In this document: one piece after another, positions 29,737 through 43,218 of the stretch
How positions within the stretch are numbered: the stretch's first letter is position 1
Layout of the letters: each line of letters begins with the position of its first letter
Assembly: GCA_000320545.1 (NCBI GenBank)
Contig: ADNK01001511.1
Coordinates: forward strand, 35,627-99,626
Length of the DNA: 64,000 nt
Direction: 5' to 3'
From: Bigelowiella natans CCMP2755
Taxonomy: Eukaryota; Protista; Cercozoa
Translations under genes and position numbers: made by a program
The notes under the pieces: model-generated
Databases searched by the model: none
The model's input: the letters and a program-made list of their open reading frames with translations, nothing else
Told to the model about the DNA's origin: nothing

Positions 29737-30102
29737 GTTTGCCTTTACATTTGCTGCCTATAAATTCCAGGTAATCCAAACCAAAGCTTTACAATCGCGC
29801 AGTGTATTTAGAAAGCACAATTATGGAAGTGTACCTCTATTATTCGCGGATGGTGCTTGTATTTATTCGAACGCAATAACGACAAAAATATCCACGAATC
29901 GTCTCCCTTTGCTCCCTCCAAGGATGCTAATGGTGGCGGTTGCTGCTAGGGTATGAACGAATCCTCTCATTAGAGACCAAAAAAATTAATTTGTGACGAT
30001 GCCGTCTCCCCCCCCTGGCAGCAGAAAAGATGATGTTGTTGTTGTTGTTGTTATTGTTGCCACTGGAAATAGATAGTCAATCTGAGCACAGTAGAGGAAG
30101 AA

Positions 30103-30153
<51 letters not shown>

Positions 30154-30511
30154 AAAGAAGAAGATGACCTTGAAAGTTTAAGGCATATATATTATGTATT
30201 TGCGTGTGTGTGTGTGTGTTGTGTCAGAACGTTAAAAATGAAAACACGTAATGGTGAATGCACATTGAGGCAAACATACTTTGCGATTGATTATGCACAC
30301 AGAAATCAGAAGTTGGCAGTGGAGACAACAACTACATCAATACAGAAGGGCTAGTGCTTCCTCCATCATCCAAAGAGGTAGACGCGCCGTTGTTCTACCT
30401 TAATTAAATAAGTACTAGAGATTTAATAAATTGGGATTTTGATGATAAAATATACTGCGGAGTAAATTCCTATTTTGACTTAAATATTTTCTAGTATACA
30501 CACACACACAC

Positions 30512-30564
<53 letters not shown>

Positions 30565-31559
30565 TTATTTCCTTTATTTTTGATACTATCGTGGAAGGAA
30601 TCTATCTCCCAAGCAGCAAAATCTATTTCTGCATACCTGGGAAATGGAGAATTTAAAACAACAGCAATATCTCCTAAATCTAAAGGGAAGAAAGGAAAGA
30701 AATCAAAATCTGCAGGTATTACGGTTAATAATCTACGTAATTAATATTTTGAAGAAGAAGAAGATGTTCCTCCTATATGAACAATGCATCATCATCTGGA
30801 GATATATATTGTAAGCATCTGTGTTGTTATATTGAGTTCGCCCTCCCCTTCCTCATTCAAACAAATTGAGACTAGTGGTAGTAGTAGTACTACTACCACT
30901 ACTACTACTACTGGTAGTAGTGCTTGTCCAAATAACTAAGTGAATTGTTATCAAAAGCCGCGATGAATGAGCTATTAGAGTTGCAGGGAAAAAAGTTATC
31001 TTCTGGGTAATAAAAAGATATAAAGGCATATAACACACACACACACACACCCAGATATTGTTGTCATTATCATTAACATTAATACTGGTTGTTTACTATT
31101 CAAATGTAATATATAATGATGATGATGATGATGATGGTGAGAATAGAAATATTTTGTGTGTAGTCTCATGGTTCTCCATCTGTACATATGATGTGTACAA
31201 CGACAACACAACAATAACAGCAGCAGCAGCAAAACACGTGTTTTCCCCTTTATGTTGTGTTTAAAAATTGTCATGTGATCGATCAGAATCGAGCGGTAGC
31301 TTTTTGCAAGCATCATCTGTGTTATGCGTGAGCCATGAATGAACCGAGTCGATATGCATGAATAAAACAGTGTTAAACGTCAATTATTCTCTCTTTTCTT
31401 CTTGATTTTCCTCTTCCGCCTCCTCCTTTATTATGAATGAATAAGTGGGGCAAGAATTGCAATTGAAATGTCTTTAGGAGGTAATACGAATGATAATTTT
31501 TAAAGTAGTAGATCTACTAATTTCTACAACATTTACCATATAAACAGATGATCATGAAA

Positions 31560-31595
<36 letters not shown>

Positions 31596-31975
31596 TAGTA
31601 GTCTTGAGAGCTAGAATAACAATAGTAGTAGTCATCACCACTAGAGACTATGTATGTATATAATCAAGAGAAACAGAACAATCTAGCCATTCTTATCATC
31701 TATTGATTTTACTGTGTTCTCTCTCTATCTATCTTATATGTTTGCTTGCACGTATTATCATTTATCGTCGTTGTCTTAGCTGATGACTCAAGAAGCGTCG
31801 CTGATATGGCTCTATCGTTAATGAAAGTCCTGCCCAAGCCTATAAAGATAGTGTTTGGAGATCATCAAACTAAGACATTAGCAACCGAATCAGCAGATGC
31901 AAGGAGGTCATTAAGAAGATCATATACAATAAATTTATATAATTATTATACAACACCTCATGTAAAACCCCCTCC

Positions 31976-32016
<41 letters not shown>

Positions 32017-32594
32017 ATGATGGGAGGGAACAGAGAAATATCCGTTCGTATGTATTGTATGGTATAGGAAATAGAGTGTAGTAGTAGTAGTAGTAGTAGT
32101 AGTTGTAGTAGTAGTAATAATCATACATCATTGATATATGATGATATCATAGGGGGGGGTGAGTTCGTTCATGTTTACTACTACTCGACACTACTTCTAA
32201 TAATAACGAATGTCGATTCTGAAGTGTGACGAGGATAATCGTAATGCTGATGATGATGATGATGATGATGATGATGTTGTTAACCTCCACTATTCCTAGT
32301 ACCACCATAGCATTATGTCATGTGTATTAGGGGCTACTACTTACTTGCCGCACATCTTCGATTTGTAGTTCATCCGGGGCAATATTGACAAGTTTCAAGG
32401 ACAATGATGACGATTTAGATCATACTACGGTTGCAATATTGACAAGTTTTAAGGACTTTGATGATGATGACGATGATGATGATGATGATACTACCGTTGT
32501 TTGCGTTGTATAGATGATTTTAATTATCACCTTATTATTATTGTAGCTCCTTCTGAACAATGTGTAAATTTGACCCTACCTCAGCAATGATTTA

Positions 32595-32665
<71 letters not shown>

Positions 32666-33123
32666 AGCACGTTTATTTAACTGAGCATTTCATTGACAAA
32701 CATTACGCGTTCGCTATTATTTGTTGTTATTGTTGTCGTCGTTGGTCCTTTTGATGCTCATCGTTCAATTCTGGTCATGTTTCTCATATTCTATCGTCAT
32801 TATCGAGGAGAGAGCTACTACTATCGCTGCCGCCGCCGCTGCTGCTGCTGCTGTGTTAAACAATAACAATGAAGTAATAATAGTAATCATAATAATAATA
32901 ATATTGATAGAATGGGGGAGAAAAGGCGTCGCTACTAATCGTAGGAGCTAGTGCTAAGCAACTTCCCCAGGTGAGTGAGATATCTGCTAGAGTCATCATC
33001 TTCTTCATCATCACCGTACTCATCATTATGTGTGTTTGTGTTTGCAATTTGACGTGTTATGATGTATAAGATGAGCGCACATGATCAGTGCAAATATCAT
33101 CCATGTTTGGTGCTCCTAGATTA

Positions 33124-33193
<70 letters not shown>

Positions 33194-34627
33194 TACATAT
33201 TAAAGGTGGTAAATTGCATTCAAGATCAAGCTTCTAAGACACACGTGGTAGGTGGAGAGACCTACCGATTACTACTAGCTGACCGATGACACATTGATGA
33301 TGATGATGATGATGACGACGATGAGGATGATCACTAATCTACCATTCACACGAACTATACAGCAGCAGTATACATACACACCTTTTTATTACTATTATTA
33401 TACGAATACAGTAAAAGTAACAATATTACTACTATCGTTGTCAGCAGTGATGTGATTCTACTATTACTACTACTACTACTACTGCTACTACTAATTTACT
33501 TCTCAGGTCCTTCTCAATGCAGAATTTACACCTCAGGTAGCAAGCTAAGCTTTATGTAGTAATGAGACCCAATACTTGTTCAATTAGTGAATTCTTTGAA
33601 GAAGCCATGGCGACGTTGTTGGGGATATAACCCTAATTGATAGCGACTATCTGTTGTGACATTATTGATGAGCATAGATATATTGAGGATAATAACAACA
33701 ATAGTCGTAAGATTTCTTAAATACTTATCGGATTTAAACAGCCCCCTGCAGCAGCTAAAGACTTTGTTCAGAGCTTTGAGGTAAAAGTAGTAGTAGTAGT
33801 AGTAGTAGCAGTAGCAGTATCATCAATGGTATAATGTGTAGCAGTGTTAAACAAGGAATGGTAATTGCTACAACTGCCGTATGATGATATGAGTACCAAT
33901 GGATATTCTCCTTTTTCTTCTTCTGATTTTTCTTTTTGAGGAGTAGTAGGAGGAGTACATCGTTCCCCTCTCCCCATCATCTCTCAACAACATTAATGCT
34001 GAGCTGATGTCACTCGGTGACGACTATCCAATTAAATACCATTATTCCTGCACCCCCCCCCCCTCCCATTTCTTCACACATCTATTATCAGGTTGTCTAC
34101 AGTATATTGCCTTTGCAGATTCAAGGATTCCTTGGTTCTAAGAAAGGGGCAGTTTTTAGAGCTTTCAAGGTCGTCGTGTTTATGAGCTACTGTTCTAAAT
34201 ATATTTTTATTCTCAATTTGTGCACATATTATATATATTGTGTACAAATAGGAGCCTAAGTCATTTTTTTGGAGAACCTTTACAAGAGAAGATGATGATA
34301 AAGAATGGGAAGCAACAGGGTACTCAAATGATGAAATTGTCGCACTTATTACCATTTTGAGTTATTACATTGTACAAACTTAGCGTCGTCATATCTTCAT
34401 AGTAGAATCTTCATCAGAGATGATATTTTCCTTAGTTTTATAATCAGCTAATAAATTTGGAGATGTGTTGTCGTAAATGTACACATGTGACTGTCATATT
34501 CCATCTTAGTTCGTGGAAAGCTCGACCGAATGCAAAACAGGTTATTAATGTTTCGGCAGAAAATGTCTCGATGATTGGGCACCTAGAATAGTTTTTTCAT
34601 GTTTTGTCATCATGTGTGAGCACACAC

Positions 34628-34688
<61 letters not shown>

Positions 34689-34844
34689 GCATGTAATGTA
34701 CATGCATACACACATTGTTTCAACAAATATGCACATTATTTTATTTGTCTTCTGTAGATCGAAGATTCTATGTATGGAAGTGGTGCTGGAGACAATCCCA
34801 TAAACAAAGGAATATCGGGCATTAAGAACATTTTCGGGCGTTGA
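29437..34844 (+). CDS. DUF1995-like plastid protein with signal+transit presequence
   Basis: MGLKMIGGCRALWVVILLVIIISE|VIQTKALQSRSVFRK.. then LPPSSKE|ESISQAAKSISAYL..|GARIAIEMSLG..|VLLNAEF|AKDFVQSFE|VVYSILPLQIQGFLGSKKGAVFRAFK|..W..|SWKARP; stop TGA at 34842-34844. Family assignment by pattern recall. Confidence 0.7.
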
Positions 34845-34859
34845 TACATATTTGACAAT

Positions 34860-36250
34860 GATGACATCTTCCAAGCTGGCAAGCATCGCATCGTCAGTTT
34901 CGTCACATGCATGCTTAGCTGAATCATTCAGGTGTTTCTGAGTGGAAGCAGTGCAACAAATGTCCGCAAACACATGGCTTCGAACGTTTGTCAAATTGTC
35001 ATCATTGCGGTCAGCACGCACTCGATTGTCGATGACTAGATGACCATGCGCACCAGCGATGCGCGCGCGCATCAGTGCATGCCTACTAGCCTGCCTTCAG
35101 GTCTCTGTCGCGCCTACTTCGGTTGTGCATTCATTGCACACGTCTAGACGTGGAAGTTGATGTGCTATCATTGCCGTTGTTGGTTGTCTGCGAACTTGCT
35201 CGGCCCAATCTAGCAAATGCAGTGGGCACATTGTGCGATCTAGCGATGATGCGACGCGCTAGCGCGGCATTGAAACCATTCGCATGTGCAGAACGGCCGC
35301 AGCCAGGCTGTTGTCCTTGATCTCGTCGTCAAGGCAAGCTGCACACAAGCTTCGAAATGCCAGAATGGGTGAGGAACAAGTGTGCACATGGTGTTCGGAA
35401 TGTTGATGCCTGCCATCCATTCTCCACTCCAGCACTGCTGTCTGTCATGCTCCTGACTCCCCACCCTCCAGAAACCAAAACAGTTGATTCAGTGCTTCAA
35501 GGAAGGGCTCGAGGTGGTGAAGAAGGTGACATCAGGGTTGGGCAATTCGCATTTTGCTTTTGCTCCGCACCACGCTGTCTAGGTTCTGGAGAGTTGAGCA
35601 TTGAGATTTCTCGGGATGGATTTTTTCCACACATCATGCGCAAAGAATTGTGCAAAAGTTCCATTTGAAACCCACGAAACCTGTCACGTGCGCAGGTTTG
35701 ACCAGCTAGCCAGGTTGTGACATGGAGAGGTGGGGGGGGCTATGCTAGCTAGCTAGGGCTAGCTAGCTAGAGAGGTGGGGGTTCCACCACAAAATTGATT
35801 GAAGAATGGTGGTCCCGTGAAGCTGTGAAACATTGGTTGTTGATGTTGCTCACATTGACATCAGCAAACTCTGCACAGCTACATTGGGATGACCATTGAA
35901 AAAATTTAAACATTTCATCACATCCGTCTCAAACTTCGATGCATGATCACAATGAGCAGGGAGTTTCCGAACAAATACAACGATCGAGCGATGTGTGCTT
36001 GCGCCATGCATACATACGCACTTACTCCTAGTGCATGTTGCATCACGTTGCGGACCATGCCAGCACGCATGCTGGCATGGTCCGCACCCCACGTGTCACT
36101 TTTGGCTTGCAATTGAGGAAAAATCGTGCTAAGACAAATTGTGTACTTTCATACACTGACGCATTCACCAAAACCAAGTGAGGACTGCTGGGGCAAACAC
36201 AGGGCACCCACTTGCATGAACATCATGCAATGTGTCATGGAACATTGTTT
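34860..36250. other. TpA-depleted, CTAG-rich intergenic island
   Basis: No TA across about 35270-35575; survivors mostly CTAG/CTAC/CTAT; gctagctagctagggctagctagctag at about 35745-35771. Confidence 0.9.
35871..35931 (+). repeat. Repeat family B copy (direct repeat with 39181-39240)
   Basis: ctgcacagctacatt(g/a)ggatgaccattgaaaaa(a)tttaaacatttcat(ca/tg)catccgtctca. Confidence 0.9.
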
Positions 36251-36262
36251 GAAGAGCAACAG

Positions 36263-38084
36263 TTAAGTCGGTAGACCGCCAGCGGTTGCCCTCCATCCTG
36301 CTTTTAGTTGGGCGAACAATTTGTCCACCGTCTGTTTGTGTTCGGAACGATAGGCGAGGTTCACGTTCTCCGCTGGGTCTGTTTTGTGGTCGTACAGCTC
36401 AAACCCGCATTTTGAGCCATGCATGCTGAACGTAGTCGTATTTGTGTGTCCGTCAAAATCAACCCAGGCAGTGAACCTCAGGTTCTTGTCCGTAGTCATA
36501 CTGTAACCCATGTAAGGATTTTTAGTGCCACCACGTGGATACTGGGAATAGCTTGCATTCTTCCATGCTGCATTTGGATTTTCGAAGAGCTTTAGGAACG
36601 ATTGTCCTTCTGTGCATCTTCTGACAGTCCATGGCTTATTTTCAGGGCACGTCTGAACTTTTTCCAAACCCGCAGCCTCAACAAGAGTAGCCATGATGTC
36701 TACATGCTCCACAAGAGCATTCGATTTCATGCCGCCATCCGTGAGACCAGGAATACGTATCATTAGCGGAGTGTTGGTGTCCGTCTGAAAGTTGGTATGC
36801 TTGCACCAAGCGCCGTGATGGCCTAGTTTATATCCATGATCACCCCAGAAAACAATGATTGTATCGTTCCAGTGTCCTAGAGCTTTGAGTTCATCAAGTA
36901 CAACACCAATGTTGTAGTCTGTGTAGCTTACTCCTGCTTGATATGCACGGACCTCTTCTTTCGCCTTTTTGGGTTTTAACACCAGAGTTTAACATTAGCA
37001 CTAACGTCACTATTCATATCACATTTTGCATAGTTTTTTTTATGATGTTCGTTACGTCATCGCACAATATTCTTCTTTTTTAGCATGCATTTATATCACC
37101 TTCCAGTCAACTAAAGTCTCATTGATCTGCCCTTTGAATCCCGTGGCTTCCACGTCGGGAAAATTTTGAAGTTCATACGATGCATATGCAATCTCAGGCA
37201 TGTCTGTAGGCGCATAGGGATTGTCCACAAGTCCTAATACATAGAGAAGAAGGTCGATTCAAAGTTTTACTACTGATAAGTATACGGAAGTAGCTTTCAT
37301 ACTTGTTTGATTTGCTGGGTAGAGGTCGAAGAAGCGTCTAGGAGACGCAAAGCTAAGGTGCGGCTTTCGAAATCCGACAGCAACAAACCATGGCTGATCA
37401 CCATCACTCTTACTTAAATTACGAAGCCAGCTTACTGCATGGTCACGAACCTTACGCACACATCACACGTCGTGTGTATCATGAAATCCGTTAATCACAA
37501 ATGTAGGCACCACGGCTAAAATATACCACCTGTGAGTCTCTACATTGACCAGTCTTATCTTCGTCCACTGAAAGCCAACTCTGGTTGAAGTAACGATGCT
37601 CACCCATGAAGTAATTCTTATACGTTGTAGTACCATTGAGGTCACTCCAGCTCTGAGGATCCGAAAAGTTCGATGCCGTGCCATCATGGAAGATCTTTCC
37701 CATCCCAACAGTAAAATATCCTGCCTCGGTGAATAGACCAGGAATCGTCACACAGTCCTTGCATCCAACATCCCTCGTGTTCGTTTGAAGATCGTAGATC
37801 TTGGTTGTATCAGGACGCCTTCCAAACAACAAAGATGTGCGACTTGGAGAACACACAGCCTGCTGGACGTGACTATTTGTCAGCACTAGGGAATCCTTCG
37901 TGAACTTGTCGAGGTTAGGGGTGTGCATATAGCCATATTTTTCAGGGTCGAGTGCCTTGATCATGGGCCTCAGGTCGTCGTTTGCAATGAATAAGACATT
38001 CATGCGCTTTCCCCTTATTTTCAGGGGCTGACACATGGTGGAAATGCAACCCAGCAAGGCGAGAAGATGCAAGGTGTTGACCAT
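36263..38084 (-). CDS. Formylglycine-dependent sulfatase, iduronate-2-sulfatase-like, secreted/lysosomal; 4 exons
   Basis: Signal peptide MVNTLHLLALLGCIS; NVLFIANDDLR; CSPSRTSLLFGR (CxPxR); GMGKIFH; VGFRKPHL; WGDHGYKLG; ELYDHKTDPAENVNLA. Confidence 0.93.
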
Positions 38085-38349
38085 GGTGAGACGAAGTGAA
38101 AAGGAGCAGCACCTGAAGATAGATAGATAGTGCAGGGGTAGATGGATCTAATAATAGCTCGTATGATCTTAAAACGGAGATACGAGTACTAGAAGAGGGG
38201 TTTCTTCTTCCATGTCGCACCAAAGGAAGGCAGGCCGGAATGCGAACTTCTAATTTGCTCAGGAAGATGTTTTCACACTGCGACAACCTAGCCATTTTTT
38301 GATTAATGACTAGATGACAGGTAGGATTGGATTTGTCGCAGGATAAAAA

Positions 38350-39290
38350 CATCATGGGATTTTCACTTGCGGGTTGATGCACCAAAAACTCATCACTGAC
38401 TCACTGACTCTGCCAAAACTGAGTGCCCCCTCGGATGATCCGAACGTGGATCATCGTGTAGACATGCTAGCATGGGCTTTGAGGAAGTTCCTACTTGGAG
38501 TAGATGCCTTGCGTCGCCGCCACATTGCTGCTAGTCACATCATTCCACAATGGCTAGATCACACCAATTTGAAAAAATCCTGCTGTTTTGCTGGTTGGTC
38601 CTCACTGAAGCTAGTTCGAGGCACTGCGTTTCGCACACTGCAAACGTCTTGCAACACTTTGGAAACGTGGTTCATCATCATCGTTCATTGTTTTTGTTCT
38701 CACTTTCTCACATGATGGCTCAAATTGCGAAACCAATTGAATGCCATTGTGAATCGAAATTGACATGAGACGGAACTGCTGACCGCACAATGGCCAAAAA
38801 AGAAGCACGGACCGCTGCGCGCACCCTGCGACATCGATCGACGACAGGGCATGAATGCTCACAGATGCGTGAAGCACATTGTGATGCAGAGACAAACAGA
38901 TGTGACACGAGTCATGTGGCCGCTGTTTTGCAAGGCTGCTGCATTGCTAGATTGGGACGCAGACCAATGAAAACGTTTGGTCACTTCATTGGACAGCTAG
39001 TCACGACAACAACACACAATCTAGCAATGTGCAACATGAGCATCCATGGACTACGCCAAGTGGCTAGCTGTGACACATCTTGAGATGCAACTCATGCGGC
39101 CATGGCAGCCACAGATTCAATGGCATCTTTGCATCCACAATCTCACAAATGCACACAATTTGAGCGCTGTAGCCGCTGCACTGCACAGCTACATTAGGAT
39201 GACCATTGAAAAATTTAAACATTTCATTGCATCCGTCTCACATCACATGCACAGCGAATGTGGGCACATGTGCGTGGGTGTAGCTCTAGA
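38350..39290. other. TpA-depleted island containing repeat A copy 2 (38423-38625) and repeat B (39181-39240)
   Basis: From 38350 to 39200 every TA I found is in a CTA or TAG context; none across about 38620-38945. Confidence 0.9.
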
Positions 39291-39574
39291 TGTACTTATA
39301 CACACACACACACACACACATGTGCACATGTATACATGTGTACATGCGTACATACACATGAATCACATGTACATACATGATGATTATATAGATAAGCATG
39401 TGCTATCCACATATTTGTAGAAATAAGTCTTAGTGCACGCGTACGCATGGGCTAGTGGATGGACATTACGGGAACATATTTTGTTGACTCAATCTACGTT
39501 TGCTGCACGTACAAATAAACTTGATCGATGTACCAGAATAAGTGCAGTTATGGACTTTTTTCCTTTCAAGTCTC

Positions 39575-40778
39575 TTATTTTACGAAGGATTTCTCATAAT
39601 CTTCAATTGATTTGAACAACTCTCGGAAGTTCCCCTTACCAAATCCACCGCAACTAAAAAGGATTACATACTTCAGCACTTTCATAGACATTCATTGACC
39701 GGTTATAGTATAACTGATTGTTGAGGAATATAAAAATCTCTGCATGCATACACTGATACACGTACACTCTCACATTAAAGAACATGTTTGAACATAGCAA
39801 TTGAAACGAATATACAAAGCCAGATATATACACTAGTGCACCGTATATGTATACCCTCCTCTTTGTCGGATACTCCCATCATCCTGCCTTAATTCACATC
39901 CTATTCTCTGTAAGGTTAAAGACTATTGTGAGACTAAAGAAGCATACTCAAACTACCACCCTCTAAAAATCATGTTATAATAGTTTTGTTCGCATAAGAA
40001 AGGATGATTCATAAATCTATAGAGCCATTATGCATGAATGCTACTTCAAGTAGCAAAACTCCTCTGTCTGTTGCTGCTACTACTACTTTTCAATAAAGGG
40101 TAGTATGTTTGTTTACTACCTGAATGATTTCGAGAAACAAGGTTGGCCTGTGTGTGACAGGTGCCGTGAATATCTGTGATGATAATAGCACCCATCATTT
40201 GTTACCACACGACGGTGTGTGTATAGTATGAGGAGCAAGGATAATTGTTTACGATGAAACTAGAATGATAACCCTCCTCCACACACACACACACACACAC
40301 ACTTATTGTTATCAAACAAATTATAAGATGCAAGGAGAGCTGCATCAGCAGCGGCGAGATAAACCAACAAGAATAAGAAACACTTAATAATAATGTCACT
40401 ACACTACTACACTGCTACTATTGCTACTAAAACTTCTGGTAATAATGTAGCCGTCAAACTTGAATACGTTTATTTCAGGCAACGACAACAACAACTAGTA
40501 GCACCTGAATCAATATGCCTTCCTCATCACGATCAGCAAGGAGCCCTTAAACAACAAACAGCATCGATGGTTATCATCAATAATCATTATCCTGTTCACA
40601 GACTATCAGTATACATATTGATCAACCATGAGGGAGGCAGCCGAATAGTATGTGTATTATTATCTTATTATCGTTAGCTAACAGAACTTACCTAATTCTT
40701 CGATCTGCTTATATTCTTCTGGTGTGAGAGCGTCTCCTAGTCTGCCAGGGAGCTCCGCATAATATCTACAATGTAGAT

Positions 40779-40811
<33 letters not shown>

Positions 40812-41481
40812 GTGATGGGGGAAGAACAAAAGTCACATAACAGTTACTAAGAAAATAATATGGGATTTGTGGTATCTTTAGTTGTAGTAGTAGTAGTAGT
40901 AGTGGAAGGTTGCTTTGTACACAAGAAATATGGTGATATAATTATGATAATGATGATGATGATGCAAAACAACAACGATAAAGGGCATATAATATACATA
41001 TATCCCCCTCCTATTGTTATTAAGAACTTGAATAACACCGATGATGACCCAAGTCACGAAAAGAATAAAGTAGCAGCTCAGCTCTGTCGCTGCTACTTTT
41101 TGTTTGAAGAAAGTCAAAGAAGAAGATAAAGAGATTGAATCCTCTATTTGTATTATCACAATCCTTATCATCATCATCATCATCTAAGACAAAAACATCT
41201 TTGTCATCACCTGCTTACATCATCATCAGGATATATGTTTGCTATCTGATTATTTTTATTCTTGTTTCAGTGTTGTTAATTATTTAACTGTTCAGATGGC
41301 CTCCTCATGAGCTCAAAACCTCCAAGTTCTTGTCTTTCTCTCATCTATAACAGTGTGAATACAAGTAGACAAGACAAGAGACCAACAACAACAATACTAA
41401 GAAGAACAATAACAAGAAAGGAGCTCTATGTTGTGCATATATGATGAGGTTGGTGCGGATAAACCACAAAATACTGTGATA

Positions 41482-41516
<35 letters not shown>

Positions 41517-42143
41517 ACGATTCGGTCAGGCATAGTGAGCTATTACAACAACAACAATAATAACAACAACAACTACTACTACTACTAGTGCTGCTGCTAC
41601 TGCTACATCATCGTTACCTGGCGAATGGTAGAGAAAATATCGTTTGTCTTCAAGGCAATATGTTGTACTCCGGGACCCTAATAAACAAGCACACATACCA
41701 ACAAATAATACATGCTGGGATTTGAGATCAGAACAACTCATAAGAATACTTAATGATATATTTAGCAAGAATAGAAGTTGTATGACCTGGTTGTGTTTAA
41801 GGTACGTTTCAATTTGACTTTGCCGCTTTCCGGTGACCTTTCATTATTGTTGTTATATTATGAATAGTCTTTGAGAATGACTTCAAGAGAAAAAGAAGAA
41901 GAAGAAGAAGAACAAGACGACCAAGGATAGAAGAAGATCTAATGATCAACCACTGGTCCCTGCTGTTACTACTATATAATCAACATGTAATATAATAAAC
42001 ATAGTACTATTAGTACTACTGGTTCATTGATAGGTAGCAATGTAAACATAGTACTATTAGTACCGGTTCATTGATAGGTAGCAGCACATTCTCCAGATTG
42101 TTAGCAAGAACAAGACTATTCAATCCTTCGGAACAACAAATGA

Positions 42144-42186
<43 letters not shown>

Positions 42187-42283
42187 ATCATATTTTATAC
42201 GAATAATAAGAATTCAAATGATGCTATAAGTTCTGCAGCAGTAGTCATCGTGAGCTCACGCCATTTATACATATGTATATAAA

Positions 42284-42327
<44 letters not shown>

Positions 42328-42723
42328 TATGACGGTGTAGCTGCTGGTACTACTACCAGATTCAACTGTCCCCACATCCTCAGTAGTAAATTCGGCAAAC
42401 TGTTTGTTGTCAGTTAAATTTAAGAAGAGAGGAGGAGGAGGAGGAGGAGGAGGAGGAGAAACGGGGTTATTGGGTGTGTGTGTATAGATAGTGATAGATG
42501 TAAACCACCACCACCACCATCTTAGCCTAGTATTCGGTGAAAATCTTGAGTGAGTGCTGCTAGTTTTAAAAAGTAGAAATAATAAGTTACTAGTCAGGCT
42601 TCTTTTTCTTGTTCTTGTTGTTCTTGTTCTTCTATTATACTGATGGTTGTAGAAAGGATATTGATAGACGATCATACCTCGTGAAATCCAGTAGCAGAGA
42701 TCATTCTGTTAGCCTAAATAAGC

Positions 42724-42759
<36 letters not shown>

Positions 42760-42894
42760 GCGATGAACCAGCAACAACAATACTACGGATAGAGAAAAAT
42801 AAGAGAAAGAAAAGTAAGACAATTATAACATGAAAGCAGTAGCATAAAATGATGATGGCGATAATCTCATATGATATCATATGTAAGATTTTCT

Positions 42895-42934
<40 letters not shown>

Positions 42935-43185
42935 ACTCTGGTGGCTGCTGACAATAGCAGCACTTAGAAGTTGGCACTAACAAACCTTTGAGAGCACCCT
43001 ATCTACCTACCAACTACCTGGGGGATAATTTCCTTCACATTGCCGACAACATGATCAATTTGCTTAATACCAATACCAATAGGAGCTGGACTGCTATCAT
43101 GTGATGATGAGGAGGACGATGACGATGATGACGCTGCAGCAACACTTGTTTTCTGGTAACCAGGGAGGAGGAAGAATTCTGACGA

Positions 43186-43218
<33 letters not shown>

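Noticed and set aside
34860-36250. CpG-methylation decay or classical RIP as the cause of TG/CA richness
   Set aside because: CpG is plentiful and TpA, the RIP product, is the missing dinucleotide; repeat copies retain TA at variable sites
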